A stretch of 62,371 nt of DNA from Gammaproteobacteria bacterium (GCA_024229615.1 JAAESG010000620.1:1-62371), one strand, 5' to 3'; counted from the stretch's first letter, positions 35,919 through 46,570 are shown. Program-made: numbers and translations. Notes: generated from the sequence alone by a model not told the origin.

Positions 35919-36455
35919 ATGGTTCAAATTGCGCTTTCCGAAGCTGGCCCTAAATATCATGGGTTAGCAAAAGGCATACCGGCAGCGGGCGCGAGAGCGC
36001 TCACTCCTGTCATGGCGGAAACCGCTCGCGATGTTATCACGAAACATTTTGTTGGGCCGGTCGGTACAGAGTCAAAGAAGAAACCTTTAGCAACGAAAAT
36101 CGTTTCTCGTTCCGGGCAGCTTGCTAGCACGGTTGGCCCTATACCGACAACGGTTCGCGGCGGTCAAATTATTGCAGGGATCAAGATGGAAGGTATCCAA
36201 GCGCGAGGTTTGGAGGAAGGAAACCTCATCTCTCATCCTGGCAACGTTGGAAAGCTACAGGTATTCAAGCCAAAGGGATCGCGGCGGTTGGTATTCACGC
36301 GCAAGACAAGAGCGCATCTTATCCCGATCCGCGCGCGCTGGCCTCTGAAGAAAACAATGAAGCGCTGGCGCAAAAAACATTTAGCGACCCTCAATGCTGC
36401 CGTAGGCCAGGCAGCGGCGGAAGTGGGCCTCGTAGCGAAAATACGGAGAGCTTGA
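35919..36455 (+). CDS. Neck/tail completion protein (HK97 gp10-like)
   Basis: Basic; RSGQLAST...ARGLEEG...IPIRARWPL. Confidence 0.6.
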   Translation: MVQIALSEAGPKYHGLAKGIPAAGARALTPVMAETARDVITKHFVGPVGTESKKKPLATKIVSRSGQLASTVGPIPTTVRGGQIIAGIKMEGIQARGLEEGNLISHPGNVGKLQVFKPKGSRRLVFTRKTRAHLIPIRARWPLKKTMKRWRKKHLATLNAAVGQAAAEVGLVAKIRRA

Positions 36456-36456
36456 A

Positions 36457-37011
36457 TTGGCGCGTAACGGAATCGAAGCGACGAAGGAACAGGTTCTTGT
36501 TGCACTCGAAGCTCGCTTGAATTCCATCAATCCGATTAGCGATAACAATTATTTTTTTCAACCCGATCATCTCGTTCGAGTCGAGCCGCCCGAGCTTCAA
36601 TACATCGAAGGGTTGGTTTTTCCGGAAGGTAGCAAAACCGTTTATTTCATCGCCGATGAAGAGGGCCTCGACGAAGAGACGGCGACCGAAAATGAGATGT
36701 CGGAAGAAACCGAAGTTTGGATTGCAGTTTATCGGCGCGTTCCTTCCGACAAGCAAACCGTTAATCCTTTTTCGCCCGATGGTGATTACTTTGTGAAGAG
36801 TACGGAACGCAATCGTATCTGGTCAGATTTCATGAGGGTCTTATCGATTCCGGACAATCATCTCGGGCTCGGGTTCGTTGAGAACGTCAACATAACGGAC
36901 AATCGGCCTTTGTGGGCGGATATTCCGGAGGAACTTCAAAAGTGGGTCGGGATTCTTTTCCGACTATCGATTACTTTCATCTTCAATCGCGCGGAACCAT
37001 GGGAAACGTAA
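36457..37011 (+). CDS. Tail terminator-like protein
   Basis: Acidic, precedes tail tube; TTG start after GGAG. Confidence 0.55.
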   Translation: MARNGIEATKEQVLVALEARLNSINPISDNNYFFQPDHLVRVEPPELQYIEGLVFPEGSKTVYFIADEEGLDEETATENEMSEETEVWIAVYRRVPSDKQTVNPFSPDGDYFVKSTERNRIWSDFMRVLSIPDNHLGLGFVENVNITDNRPLWADIPEELQKWVGILFRLSITFIFNRAEPWET

Positions 37012-37013
37012 AA

Positions 37014-37199
37014 ATGGACAAGCGACTAGAGGATGAAATCATCGAGGTAAAAGACAAACTGGATTCTGTGTTGGAGCTTTTAGCTAAACTGGCAGAACAT
37101 ATAACCGAAGGCGAGCAACTTGCAGTTGATGACATTGAAGCCTGGAAGCAACGATGCAGGGAGCGAGCATCGGCGCGGAGAGCGCGCCGGAGGAGATGA
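37014..37199 (+). CDS. Small coiled-coil protein
   Basis: MDKRLEDEIIEVK. Confidence 0.5.
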   Translation: MDKRLEDEIIEVKDKLDSVLELLAKLAEHITEGEQLAVDDIEAWKQRCRERASARRARRRR

Positions 37200-37203
37200 G
37201 TTT

Positions 37204-37458
37204 ATGAGAATTTTCTTCGAATCAAAAAACAAGAGCTACTTTCCGGTTTGGAAAATAACGTTGCTTCCTGGGGAGAACGTTATTCCCGATGACATCGGTG
37301 GAGAGCTTTTGAAGGCTCATCAATCGGATTGCGAGCGCGGCGGGAAAAAGGATAAGGCTCGATTGTGGAAGCTCGCGGAGCCTGCCGCTAAACCAATAAC
37401 CAAGCCTAAGCCGCCGATCCCGGCATTCGCAAAGGCAGACAAGAAGGGAGCAAAGTAA
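37204..37458 (+). CDS. Hypothetical protein
   Basis: GGAGGAG SD. Confidence 0.55.
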   Translation: MRIFFESKNKSYFPVWKITLLPGENVIPDDIGGELLKAHQSDCERGGKKDKARLWKLAEPAAKPITKPKPPIPAFAKADKKGAK

Positions 37459-38919
37459 ATGGGCGACATCGCAAAAGGCAATCGAATTATTTGGGGCTTT
37501 GCCCACGAATCCACCTATGCGACTCCCGTTATTGTCGGCGTCGATCATGGTGTGGTTCTAGGATCGGGCGGCGAAGGGATCTCTCATGCAGCGGGCGACA
37601 TTCCCGACGATAACCTCGAAGGCGAACACCAAGAATTTTACTCCGAGAAGGGATCGGAAACCGTTGGCGGAGACATCTCCAATGCACCGATGATGTATGA
37701 CTCGATCTATCATATGCTGGCTCATGCGCTCGGTATAGCTGCGGCTCCGGTTGCCGTGGTTCAAGTTGTCGAGGGTATCAACGATATGTTGGATTTCGTC
37801 GAAGCGACAACAGGTGCGGCTGCTGCAGTGTTGACGCCAGGCAACTATACACCTGCCGAGTATTTAACGATGCTGTTGTTGGCGATCAACACGGCGGCAA
37901 CCGATAACACTTACATCGGCGACTTTGGAGGCACGACAGCGGATCGGTTCACTGTTGAAATCGATACAGGCACCGATACGTTCCAGATCCTTGCCGTCAC
38001 AGGGTCGAACGTTTCTCAAACCTGCGCGCTCATGATTGGATTTGCTGCGGACACTTTGGATGATCTTCTTGCAAAGACGGGCGACACCGATGTTGTTCCG
38101 TTGGCATACAAGCACGTTCTTACTCCGCCAGCCTTAATGAATTTTGCAATCGGAACGTTCGTGTACGGTCAGGCGACTCTTTTCCTAAAAGAGTTTGTGT
38201 CGGCGATGTTCAATGGCTTCACGATTGATTATCCCAACCAAGGGAAAGTCAATTGTGCTTTGCCGCTCGTCGCGCACGGTGTCAACTTCGATGATACGAA
38301 CGTCGCTGCAGCGGATAAGCCGGTTAACTTGCTCTCGGCAATCGGAACGATCTCAAGGCCGGGAGCTAGGGATACCGGGTTATGGAGACAAACGAAAGTT
38401 CGGTTCAACGATCAATCGGGCGCGGCGCTCGCGGCTGCGGATTCGAAAAAGTGTTCGGCGATGCAAGTTATCGCCAACAACAATTTCGTTACCGATGATT
38501 TCACTTTGGAGTTTGCAGCCGAAGGACCGAACAGCGATACCTCGCGGATCTCTCAACCGGTACGGGATAACAAGGTTCAATTCACGGGGAGTTTGACTTT
38601 CAGCCGGTTGCAGACGGACATTCAAGATTTGATAGACGGTATGGCGCGAGAGCGAAAGAAAATGACGCTCATCACGACATCAGGTGTTATCGTTGGAGCA
38701 ACCAACGGAGGACAGCGCTATCAGATCAACATCTACATGCCCGACGTTCAATTCGATGTTGAGTCGAACGTTTCCGGGCCTGGTCGAGTTCCTAAGACGA
38801 TCAACTATCAGGCTCATGCGGCGAGTGCAGCGCCGACCGGGTTTCCTTCGGGATACACCGATGGAATAACAATCGAAATCATCAATGGCAGAAACATCAA
38901 CGCGATCACTCAAGTATAA
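37459..38919 (+). CDS. Major tail (tube) protein with internal insertion
   Basis: Position before chaperone and TMP; GSETVGGDI...YKHVLTP...FTGSLTF...INIYMPDV. Confidence 0.7.
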   Translation: MGDIAKGNRIIWGFAHESTYATPVIVGVDHGVVLGSGGEGISHAAGDIPDDNLEGEHQEFYSEKGSETVGGDISNAPMMYDSIYHMLAHALGIAAAPVAVVQVVEGINDMLDFVEATTGAAAAVLTPGNYTPAEYLTMLLLAINTAATDNTYIGDFGGTTADRFTVEIDTGTDTFQILAVTGSNVSQTCALMIGFAADTLDDLLAKTGDTDVVPLAYKHVLTPPALMNFAIGTFVYGQATLFLKEFVSAMFNGFTIDYPNQGKVNCALPLVAHGVNFDDTNVAAADKPVNLLSAIGTISRPGARDTGLWRQTKVRFNDQSGAALAAADSKKCSAMQVIANNNFVTDDFTLEFAAEGPNSDTSRISQPVRDNKVQFTGSLTFSRLQTDIQDLIDGMARERKKMTLITTSGVIVGATNGGQRYQINIYMPDVQFDVESNVSGPGRVPKTINYQAHAASAAPTGFPSGYTDGITIEIINGRNINAITQV

Positions 38920-38960
38920 ACCATGAATCGAGAGCCTAAAGGCTAAGGGGAGAAAAAGAG

Positions 38961-39284
38961 ATGGGAAATTACGCGGAGAACAGGAAAGTTATGGGCCTGT
39001 TGTCGGGAGGGCTTTCTTTTTCGGCAGTCGTAAATCCTGCGGCGATTGCTGCGGGCGCGGTTGCGCATGAAGCGTTCACTGTTGACGGGATCAAGGACGG
39101 CGACATCGTGATCGGTTTCGTGGCAAACGAAACGGCGAACGTTGCGATTGCTTACGCGCGAGTAAGCGACAACGATGAAATCACCGTTACGTTCATGGGC
39201 GGTGTTGGAGGCGGTGATCCCGCAATCTCAACTTGGACGTTCTACGTTATCCGTCCGGAGCAACCAGGACCAGGCTTGAGTTAA
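38961..39284 (+). CDS. Small beta-rich virion protein
   Basis: FTVDGIKDGDIV...ARVSDNDEITVTF. Confidence 0.55.
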   Translation: MGNYAENRKVMGLLSGGLSFSAVVNPAAIAAGAVAHEAFTVDGIKDGDIVIGFVANETANVAIAYARVSDNDEITVTFMGGVGGGDPAISTWTFYVIRPEQPGPGLS

Positions 39285-39361
39285 TTTTGCAAATGTTTGC
39301 AATCATGGCTTACCTGTCAGCCAGCATAACGCGCAAGACAGGAGGATGGTAGGAGGATTCA

Positions 39362-39913
39362 ATGCCTTTCGAATTTAGCGTTGAGAGAGAATGGCTAGGA
39401 ACTTGGGAACCGTACTTGTTCGACAAAGAGAAAGACGTTCAAGTTTTTCTCCGCATTCGACCGATGACCGAGGATGCGACTTCCAAGGTCAACAAAAAAT
39501 TCGGCAAGCTAAAAATGATCAAGGCTCAAGGTGTTCGTCAACGGCAGATCCCAGAAGGCAACAGAACCGAAGCGGGCTTTGCTAGGGTTTCTTTCATGTG
39601 GACAGGAATCCGAAACGGTTATATCAAAATGGTTGACGAACCGACCGCCGCTTTTTTTGGTGAGAAGCTCGGCAAGAAGTTTAGCATCAGCGAGGAAGTT
39701 TTGTTGCCCGAGGATCTTTGGCACCCTGTTACTCTCGACGAGAACGCGCCTCGACCCTTCGACGATATCAAGCGATTGATGCTTGAGCAAGACACTCGGA
39801 TTTCGAGCAAGGTTGTCGATATCGGCATGGGAACCGATTCAGAAGCTGTTGAGGATGAAAAGAAAGAAGCCCAAGAAAAAGTCAAGCAAGAACAGGAGCT
39901 AGAAAAAAACTAG
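39362..39913 (+). CDS. Tail assembly chaperone (gpG-like)
   Basis: Upstream of TMP; ends in slippery A AAA AAC before TAG. Confidence 0.75.
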   Translation: MPFEFSVEREWLGTWEPYLFDKEKDVQVFLRIRPMTEDATSKVNKKFGKLKMIKAQGVRQRQIPEGNRTEAGFARVSFMWTGIRNGYIKMVDEPTAAFFGEKLGKKFSISEEVLLPEDLWHPVTLDENAPRPFDDIKRLMLEQDTRISSKVVDIGMGTDSEAVEDEKKEAQEKVKQEQELEKN

Positions 39914-40347
39914 CAGGCTACCTTGAGTTTCGATTAGCGAATCCTAAGGTAGCCGAACACGGTGAGCCTAGTGAAAATTTCCCGCACATTTGCGACAAGT
40001 GCCAAATTCAGGGAGGCAAGCTCGATCCTTGCATCCCTGATGACTGGTTGCTTGATTACAAAGAACAGAAAGGGAGAGATTGTCCTTACATCGAGCTTGC
40101 TCCGCAGAATGAAGATGCTTATTTCATGGCGACCCTTCGCCTCTCCGAGGATGCTAGACCGTTTCTCACTCCGGTCGGCATTACATTCGGTTTACGTCAT
40201 GAGTGGAAGGATGTTCGTGTTGTTTGGGCGCGGCTTTCTCGCGCGCTCAAGCATCCCGATTTTGTAAAGGCGTTGGAAGAATGGCGCGAGACAAACAAAG
40301 TTCCTTCCGTAAGAGAAGACGACCGGGAGGATCTAGGCTTAGAGTGA
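39904..40347 (+). CDS. Tail chaperone -1 frameshift extension (gpGT-like)
   Basis: -1 frame open from the slip site (LAGYLEFRLANP...) to 40347. Confidence 0.75.
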   Translation, partial: KKLAGYLEFRLANPKVAEHGEPSENFPHICDKCQIQGGKLDPCIPDDWLLDYKEQKGRDCPYIELAPQNEDAYFMATLRLSEDARPFLTPVGITFGLRHEWKDVRVVWARLSRALKHPDFVKALEEWRETNKVPSVREDDREDLGLE

Positions 40348-40351
40348 GAGC

Positions 40352-43300
40352 ATGGCCGACAATGAGATCAATGCAAAGTTAACAGCCGACACCGACGAAG
40401 CTGTTGACGATGTTGATAACCTCGCAGACTCTTTTGATGAAGCTGCCGATGCTGCCGATCAAGCCGGGGACGCTGGCGAAACTTTCGGTCAGCGGATGGA
40501 TCGTATCGGCGGCAAACTTACCGGCGTAGGAACCGCTCTTTCAGTCGGCGTTACCGCTCCTCTCGTAGGGCTTGCTGGCGCTACGATCAACATGGGAATG
40601 CAAGCGGTAGAAGCCGAGTCTCTCTTCGAAACCTCCTTCGGCGACATGGCAGACGAGGCGCGGGCGTGGTCGCTTGAAACCAGCGATGCGCTTGGCTTGA
40701 ATGAGTTCGAGCTTCGCCGTCAATCCGCAACCATGTTCACTATGACCGAATCCATGGGTGTGTCGCGCGACGCAGCGAAGGACATGGCGCAAGGGATCAC
40801 CGTTCTCGCGGGCGACATGGCTTCGTTTTTCAACACATCGCCCGAGGAGGCGTTCAACAAACTTCGATCCGGGATCACAGGTGAGGCCGAACCGCTCAAG
40901 CAATTAGGAATTCTCGTTACCGAGAACTTCATCAAGCAAACCGATTTCGCGAAAGCCATTCTTGCGACCGGTCGCGAGTTAACCGAGCAAGAAAAAGTCA
41001 TGGCGCGCTACCACGCCATTCTCGACCAGACTTCAACGGCGCAAGGAGATCTCGCGCGCACTGCGGAGTCGCCCGCTAACAGAATCCGCCGCATGGGTGA
41101 GAGCATTCAAGAGGCGGGGACGAAGCTCGGCCTGGCGCTCATTCCTGCGGTTGAGCGAGTTCTCCCTCTACTCGAACAAGGTGTCGAGATCATCGAGTCG
41201 GTAGTTCAAAAATTCTCCGAGCTTCCTGGTCCGGTTCAAGACACGATCATTGTTTTGGCCGGGGTTGCTGCGGCTGCGGGTCCGGTTCTCGTTATCGTCG
41301 GCCAAATGTTACCGGCGCTCGCCGCGCTCTCGTCAGCGTGGACGGCTTCAGGAATTGCCGCCGCTGGTTTTAGCGGTAGCCTCGCGGCTGTTGGAACTTT
41401 CATCACAGGAACGCTCCTTCCAGTTTTGGCCGCGCTTGCCGTAGGAGTTTTACTTGGTGGGGCGATAGGGATCGCGATCTCGGAGTTTCTTGAGTGGCTT
41501 GGCGTTATCGAGTCGGTTGAAGAGAAAACGCGCAAGCTCGTTGATGCAATGGAGCCGACTCAACAAGAAATTCGGTTACTAGCGGAAGCCTCTGCAATCG
41601 CGGATCGAGAGATCACCGATTGGGATGAGGCGATGAAGATTACTTCCGAGAATATCGAGAATCTACGCAACGGAACCGAAGGCGCGATCAACACTACAAC
41701 GCAAATGGCGGAGCAAACCGAAGTGGCTGCGGCTGCGGCTCAAGAGCTTGCCGCACAAGAAGAGGCAACAGCAAAGGCAACGGCGGCGGCTGCAGAGGCA
41801 TCGAAGAAAGCGGCAACGGCGCGCGCGGCAGAACAGCGCGCAACCAAAGCGCTCGCGGATTCGCTTGGTACGGCGGGCCTCGAAGCCTCGATGAGAAAAA
41901 CCGGGTTGGCGCTTGAAGAATTGAATCGACGCGGAGAGGAGTTGAGCAACGAGGGCCTCGCGAAAGTTATTAGCCAAATTCAAAAGCTAAAGGCGGAGGG
42001 AGTTCCACTAACGGGAGCTTTGAGAGATTGGAACGATGCGGCCTTGAGTGCGGCGGCAAGTATGACGCCGCTTTCCGATGTGCTCGAAGATATGCCGGTT
42101 GTTGAGCTAACCGATGATATTAAAGATATGGCGGACGGGTTTGATTTTGGTGCGGGTTCGGTTGACACCATGGCAGAATCGGCGATGGATGCTGCAGATG
42201 CCATGTCCGACGCGGATCGTGCGCTGTTGGGGTTCCCTCCTGCCACGCGCGAGAGTTCCAACGCTGCAGACTTGATGACATCTTCCGTTGAGAACCTCTC
42301 TCATGCAATGCAGGCTTTTGGCATCGATGCAAATTCGGTGATCGGTCAAGTCATGGGCCTTGCGAGTACAGTTACAAGCGCGATCCCTGCGATGACGAAC
42401 TTTCAAAATAGCCTCTTGGGGCAACAGGGGCTTTCTGCAGGACAACGAGTCGCCGGTACGGGTCAAGCGCTTGCCTCTGGTTTCGGTTCGCTCATGCAAG
42501 CGACTCAAACGGGAGGCGCGGCGCGTTCGGCTGCGATGGGCGCTTTGTCGGGAGCCTCGACCGGCGCGCAGATTGGCGGGCCGATTGGCGCGGGCGTCGG
42601 CGCGGCGGTTGGTGCGGTTGTTGGTTTCTTCCGGGGTCGAGGGCGAGATCGAATTCGCGCAGCCATTCAAGAAACGGTTGGAGCCGATGTTAGTGAAGAC
42701 CTTGCCATGGCGATCTCTGATGCTGCAGAGGCGGCGGGTCGAACCGTTGAAGAGCAAAGCCTTCTTTCCCTTGCCGATATCTTCGGTGAGGTTGGAGTCG
42801 AGGAGTTCGAAGGCGGCGTGCAAGGGGCAGCGGATGCGATAACGCAATTGATGCAGCGGGTTGCTGATGGCTCGATAGAAGCGAGCGAGGGTGTTGAGGC
42901 TATCGGTTCGGCTTTCGCGGAGCTTGTCAATCAAACATTCGAGGCTGGAAGGGTTGCGGATGCCGGGATCATTCAGTTGGTGCGCAATGCTCGCGAGCTT
43001 GGACACGAGATCCCGGAGATCGCCGCGTTCGTCGAGCAACAGCTTGCCGAAGCTGCCGTTGGCATCGGCAAGGTCATCGGCGGGATTCAGATCGTCGATC
43101 CTCAAGACGCGCAGGATCAAGCAACGCTTTTCGCGGGGGCTTTCTTCGCGACCCTCGAAGAGGTTGGCTTGCTTGCGGCGGTTGATGCGTTCAAGCCCGC
43201 TTTCGACGAGTTGAAGAGTCAGCTTGAAGAGCTTGGCTTCGAGGATGTTGACCTGGGCGGAGTCGGAAGGCTTTTCCGCATCGCCGGTCAAGAAGAGTTC

Positions 43301-44323
43301 CGGCCACTACTCGAAGGCATCGAAGGATTGAATCAAGCTCTGGTCGGTGTATCAAACGCTGGTTTCTTGACAACGGATATGTTCTCCGCGTTTCAGAACC
43401 AAGCGCAATCGGCGTTCGAGCAATTGACCGAAGCGGGCTTGCGCCCTCAAGAAGCTCTGCAGCAAATTGCGCCGTTCCTGCAAAGTGCCATCGATGCGGC
43501 AGAGCGATTCGGAATCCCTCTCGACGCGAATACTCAAGCGCTCATCGATCAAGCCGAGGCTGCGGGCATTGCTTTCGAAACCGATCCGATGAATCGCATG
43601 GCTGATGCGATGGTGCTCGTTGCGGATCTTCTCGGGGCGACCGATGAGCAACTTGCGAATCTTGGAGGTACGGCGAACGAAACCGCCGATACAATGCAAA
43701 ACGGTTTTGCTGGCGCAAGCGACGAGCTTGCGAACCTCGGCGATACGGCGAATCAAACCGGCGAACAAATGTCAGACTCCTTTGAGGATAGTAGCCAACA
43801 GATGCAGAACAGCATGGAGAATGCCTCGAACGCCGCTCAAGATGAGTTGAATAACCTGGCGACCACCATGGTTAGCAGTATCGTCCCCGCTGCAGATGAA
43901 GCGGCAAACGCAACGGATCGGATCGCGGATGCGGCGCGCCGTGCTGCGGAAGCCGCTCGCGACATCAAGTTTCCGGACGTGCCGAATGGCGGCGGCGGCG
44001 GCGGTGGTGGAGGGTTGAACGCGGCGGCAGGGTTCCAAGGTGTACTCGGAAAGGATACGCTCATTCAAGCGCATCGAGGAGAGTTCGTCAACATCCTTAC
44101 ACAAGCGCAGACCCGAGCGATGGATTTCTTCCATGCTCAAAACGGAATGGGGCCTGCTGCGAATGGCGCAACGTTTAACATGGGAGATACCAACATCACA
44201 TTCACCGCAAGCGGGAATCGAAAAGAGGATGACTCGACGTTGACGAAGTTGCTTGAAGAGCTTGCCGTATTCGACGGAGAGAAGAGGCGCGAGCTTCAAA
44301 GAATGTTAGGGGTGAAACCATGA
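40352..44323 (+). CDS. Tape measure protein
   Basis: 1323 aa, Ala/Gly-rich helical; LSVGVTAPL, LRSGITGEAEPLKQLGI, TM-like segment. Confidence 0.92.
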   Translation: MADNEINAKLTADTDEAVDDVDNLADSFDEAADAADQAGDAGETFGQRMDRIGGKLTGVGTALSVGVTAPLVGLAGATINMGMQAVEAESLFETSFGDMADEARAWSLETSDALGLNEFELRRQSATMFTMTESMGVSRDAAKDMAQGITVLAGDMASFFNTSPEEAFNKLRSGITGEAEPLKQLGILVTENFIKQTDFAKAILATGRELTEQEKVMARYHAILDQTSTAQGDLARTAESPANRIRRMGESIQEAGTKLGLALIPAVERVLPLLEQGVEIIESVVQKFSELPGPVQDTIIVLAGVAAAAGPVLVIVGQMLPALAALSSAWTASGIAAAGFSGSLAAVGTFITGTLLPVLAALAVGVLLGGAIGIAISEFLEWLGVIESVEEKTRKLVDAMEPTQQEIRLLAEASAIADREITDWDEAMKITSENIENLRNGTEGAINTTTQMAEQTEVAAAAAQELAAQEEATAKATAAAAEASKKAATARAAEQRATKALADSLGTAGLEASMRKTGLALEELNRRGEELSNEGLAKVISQIQKLKAEGVPLTGALRDWNDAALSAAASMTPLSDVLEDMPVVELTDDIKDMADGFDFGAGSVDTMAESAMDAADAMSDADRALLGFPPATRESSNAADLMTSSVENLSHAMQAFGIDANSVIGQVMGLASTVTSAIPAMTNFQNSLLGQQGLSAGQRVAGTGQALASGFGSLMQATQTGGAARSAAMGALSGASTGAQIGGPIGAGVGAAVGAVVGFFRGRGRDRIRAAIQETVGADVSEDLAMAISDAAEAAGRTVEEQSLLSLADIFGEVGVEEFEGGVQGAADAITQLMQRVADGSIEASEGVEAIGSAFAELVNQTFEAGRVADAGIIQLVRNARELGHEIPEIAAFVEQQLAEAAVGIGKVIGGIQIVDPQDAQDQATLFAGAFFATLEEVGLLAAVDAFKPAFDELKSQLEELGFEDVDLGGVGRLFRIAGQEEFRPLLEGIEGLNQALVGVSNAGFLTTDMFSAFQNQAQSAFEQLTEAGLRPQEALQQIAPFLQSAIDAAERFGIPLDANTQALIDQAEAAGIAFETDPMNRMADAMVLVADLLGATDEQLANLGGTANETADTMQNGFAGASDELANLGDTANQTGEQMSDSFEDSSQQMQNSMENASNAAQDELNNLATTMVSSIVPAADEAANATDRIADAARRAAEAARDIKFPDVPNGGGGGGGGGLNAAAGFQGVLGKDTLIQAHRGEFVNILTQAQTRAMDFFHAQNGMGPAANGATFNMGDTNITFTASGNRKEDDSTLTKLLEELAVFDGEKRRELQRMLGVKP

Positions 44324-44769
44324 AACGACTGGCTTTGATTTTCTCTCTCTTCGCAGTGCTAACGTTTGCACAAGTGCGAAGCGTAACGATGTATACGGCT
44401 TACGATCTCGCTTCGGCTTGCCCTACGTTTGTTTATGATGACGGAGGCGGGACCGCTGCCGAGGATGGTTGGGTTACGGTTTCCAACGAGCCGAACCGCT
44501 CGATACAGATTGACATCGTTGCGCTCACCGCTACCGATGCGCAATTCATCATCGAGGGTCGAAATTCCGGGCTCGCAACGGGCGCGCGCATTTGGCCGAG
44601 CTTGACCGGCACGACAACTATTCTCGGAACGGAAGATCCTATAAGCCTCATGGTTCCCGTTCCCGATCCGGTCAACCAAGTTCGTCTCGGAATGTGCATC
44701 ACAACCGACACGGCGGGCGCTGAAGACATCGATGTTGTGTTGAACACCTTTGCTCCGGATAAGAGGTAA
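44320..44769 (+). CDS. Beta-rich protein with N-terminal signal-peptide-like sequence
   Basis: MKRLALIFSLFAVLTFA-Q. Confidence 0.65.
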   Translation: MKRLALIFSLFAVLTFAQVRSVTMYTAYDLASACPTFVYDDGGGTAAEDGWVTVSNEPNRSIQIDIVALTATDAQFIIEGRNSGLATGARIWPSLTGTTTILGTEDPISLMVPVPDPVNQVRLGMCITTDTAGAEDIDVVLNTFAPDKR

Positions 44770-44773
44770 GCCA

Positions 44774-45988
44774 ATGAAAACTTCGTTGTCACAGAGAAAA
44801 GCGTCTACGCCCGCGAAGCGGGCTATCAAAGATTTTTGCAAGACGCTCGCGCATCTTGCCTTAACCCTCGTGATGCTCGTGTGGATCGGCAACATCCTTA
44901 TCTCACACGATGCGAAGGCGACCGCGCAGGATGGCGTATGGATGAACGCGGCGCAACTCGAAACACTGCGGTTGATACTCAATACGTTTGGCGTGGCTAC
45001 CTGGCCGAATTTCGCGAGCGATCCTTATCCTTGCACTGCGAACGTTGGGGGAGCTTACTACTTCAACACAACAGCGAAGGAGTTTCGCGTTTGTGATGAG
45101 TCATCATGGGCGGCGGGCGGCGGCGGCGTTGCGGCACTAAATGATTTGAGCGACGTTACCATTGCTGCACCAAGCGACGGTCAAGCGTTGGTTTATGATG
45201 GCGTAACGGATATGAGATGGGAGAACACCGCGCAGAGCGCGAGCGATCTCAACGATTTGGCTGACGTTGAAGCTCCTGCACCGAGCGATGGTGACATTGT
45301 TGTTTACGATGGCGTAACAGATATGAGATGGGAATCAACTGCGGGCGCTGCGCCGACCACGCTTGCCGGGTTGAGTGATACCACGATCACCACTCCAGCC
45401 GAGGGTGATTATCTCATCCGCAACGGAACCGATTGGAAGAATGTGAATCCTAGCGGCTCGTATGTCGTTTTCCCATATAACGGGCTCATCATTGGCTCGG
45501 TTGGTGCGAATGCAGTCATTGCACTAGATAACGATGTTCGAGTCTTTCGTGCTTCGTTTCCTTATGCTTGCGAAGTCGATAGCATTGAATGGATCGTTGA
45601 TTCTCAAACCGGAACGGGGTGCGACTTCGGAGCGGTTGCTCTTTACTCGCTCGATGGCAACACGAAAATCATTGACAGTAGCCCGCAAGCCTACAGCACG
45701 AACGATACTATTATCAGCGCGGATATTACCGATACTTATGTTGAGCAAGGAACCTATTTTCTCGCTTACACTGCGGATGAGACATCGACTTGCACTATTC
45801 GTGCTTTTGCCGAGCCTACACCGACGACGTTGCCAGGCATCGATGCTTTTTTGAATGATGGAAGCACTTTGATCGGCACGGCTGCGAACCAAAGTGTTAG
45901 CGGTGCGATGCCCGCGACGCTCGGCGTTATAACTCCGAACAATAACATTGATCGGCCAGTCGTAAAATTCACCTGCGTCGATCCGTAG
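44774..45988 (+). CDS. Tail fibre-like protein with N-terminal hydrophobic/signal segment
   Basis: Three LxDLxD...PSDG..LVYDG..W-type repeats; LAHLALTLVMLVWIGNILI...AKA. Confidence 0.65.
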   Translation: MKTSLSQRKASTPAKRAIKDFCKTLAHLALTLVMLVWIGNILISHDAKATAQDGVWMNAAQLETLRLILNTFGVATWPNFASDPYPCTANVGGAYYFNTTAKEFRVCDESSWAAGGGGVAALNDLSDVTIAAPSDGQALVYDGVTDMRWENTAQSASDLNDLADVEAPAPSDGDIVVYDGVTDMRWESTAGAAPTTLAGLSDTTITTPAEGDYLIRNGTDWKNVNPSGSYVVFPYNGLIIGSVGANAVIALDNDVRVFRASFPYACEVDSIEWIVDSQTGTGCDFGAVALYSLDGNTKIIDSSPQAYSTNDTIISADITDTYVEQGTYFLAYTADETSTCTIRAFAEPTPTTLPGIDAFLNDGSTLIGTAANQSVSGAMPATLGVITPNNNIDRPVVKFTCVDP

Positions 45989-46000
45989 GGAGAAAAGTAA

Positions 46001-46570
46001 ATGTCAGATCAAGCGCATCAATTACCGGAGGCGCAAGCGCCGCTTGGCGATAAGCTCGACACCGAACTTGTTTCTGTTTCTTCAGTCAACGTGCTTCGGC
46101 AAAGGATTCAACTTGCTGGCGCGAACGAGCTTGAGAGGGCCAGTGTAAGCAATGCGGCGCTTGCCATCGATGCTTATGGTTTGGCCGTTCGTGCTCTAGC
46201 CAATCGATCATCGCTTCAGACCTTTGTTTCTGCCGTCACCTTCAACAACGTCACAACGCAGGATCTAAGCTCGACGGAGTTTGCTTGCGGACCCTACAAA
46301 AAAGCGATTCTTTATGTTGACGCAACAATCGTCGGGAATCCGACCGCTTTGAATATCGGGTTCGAGTTTGCAGACGTTTTCACTTCGCCGGTTTCGGCGG
46401 ATTGGCATTTGCACCTTGCGGAGCGAGTTCGAGTTACCGATTTCAGCATTCAGCGTTTCGCTCTCGATGTTGACTCTCCGGGGCAGCTTGCACGAACGCG
46501 CCTCGATTCCGAAGGGACAACGGCAATCGATACGATAACGGCAACGATCACGGTGGAGTTTTTCTCTTAA
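46001..46570 (+). CDS. Virion protein
   Basis: Tail module position; beta-rich. Confidence 0.55.
   Translation: MSDQAHQLPEAQAPLGDKLDTELVSVSSVNVLRQRIQLAGANELERASVSNAALAIDAYGLAVRALANRSSLQTFVSAVTFNNVTTQDLSSTEFACGPYKKAILYVDATIVGNPTALNIGFEFADVFTSPVSADWHLHLAERVRVTDFSIQRFALDVDSPGQLARTRLDSEGTTAIDTITATITVEFFS

Noticed and set aside
42107-43291. Long minus-strand ORFs (this one and others such as 34165-34902, 61867-62367)
   Set aside because: Antisense shadows of well-supported plus-strand genes
45140-45440. DGR template/variable repeat pair in the fibre gene
   Set aside because: These are in-frame structural repeats; no reverse transcriptase recognised
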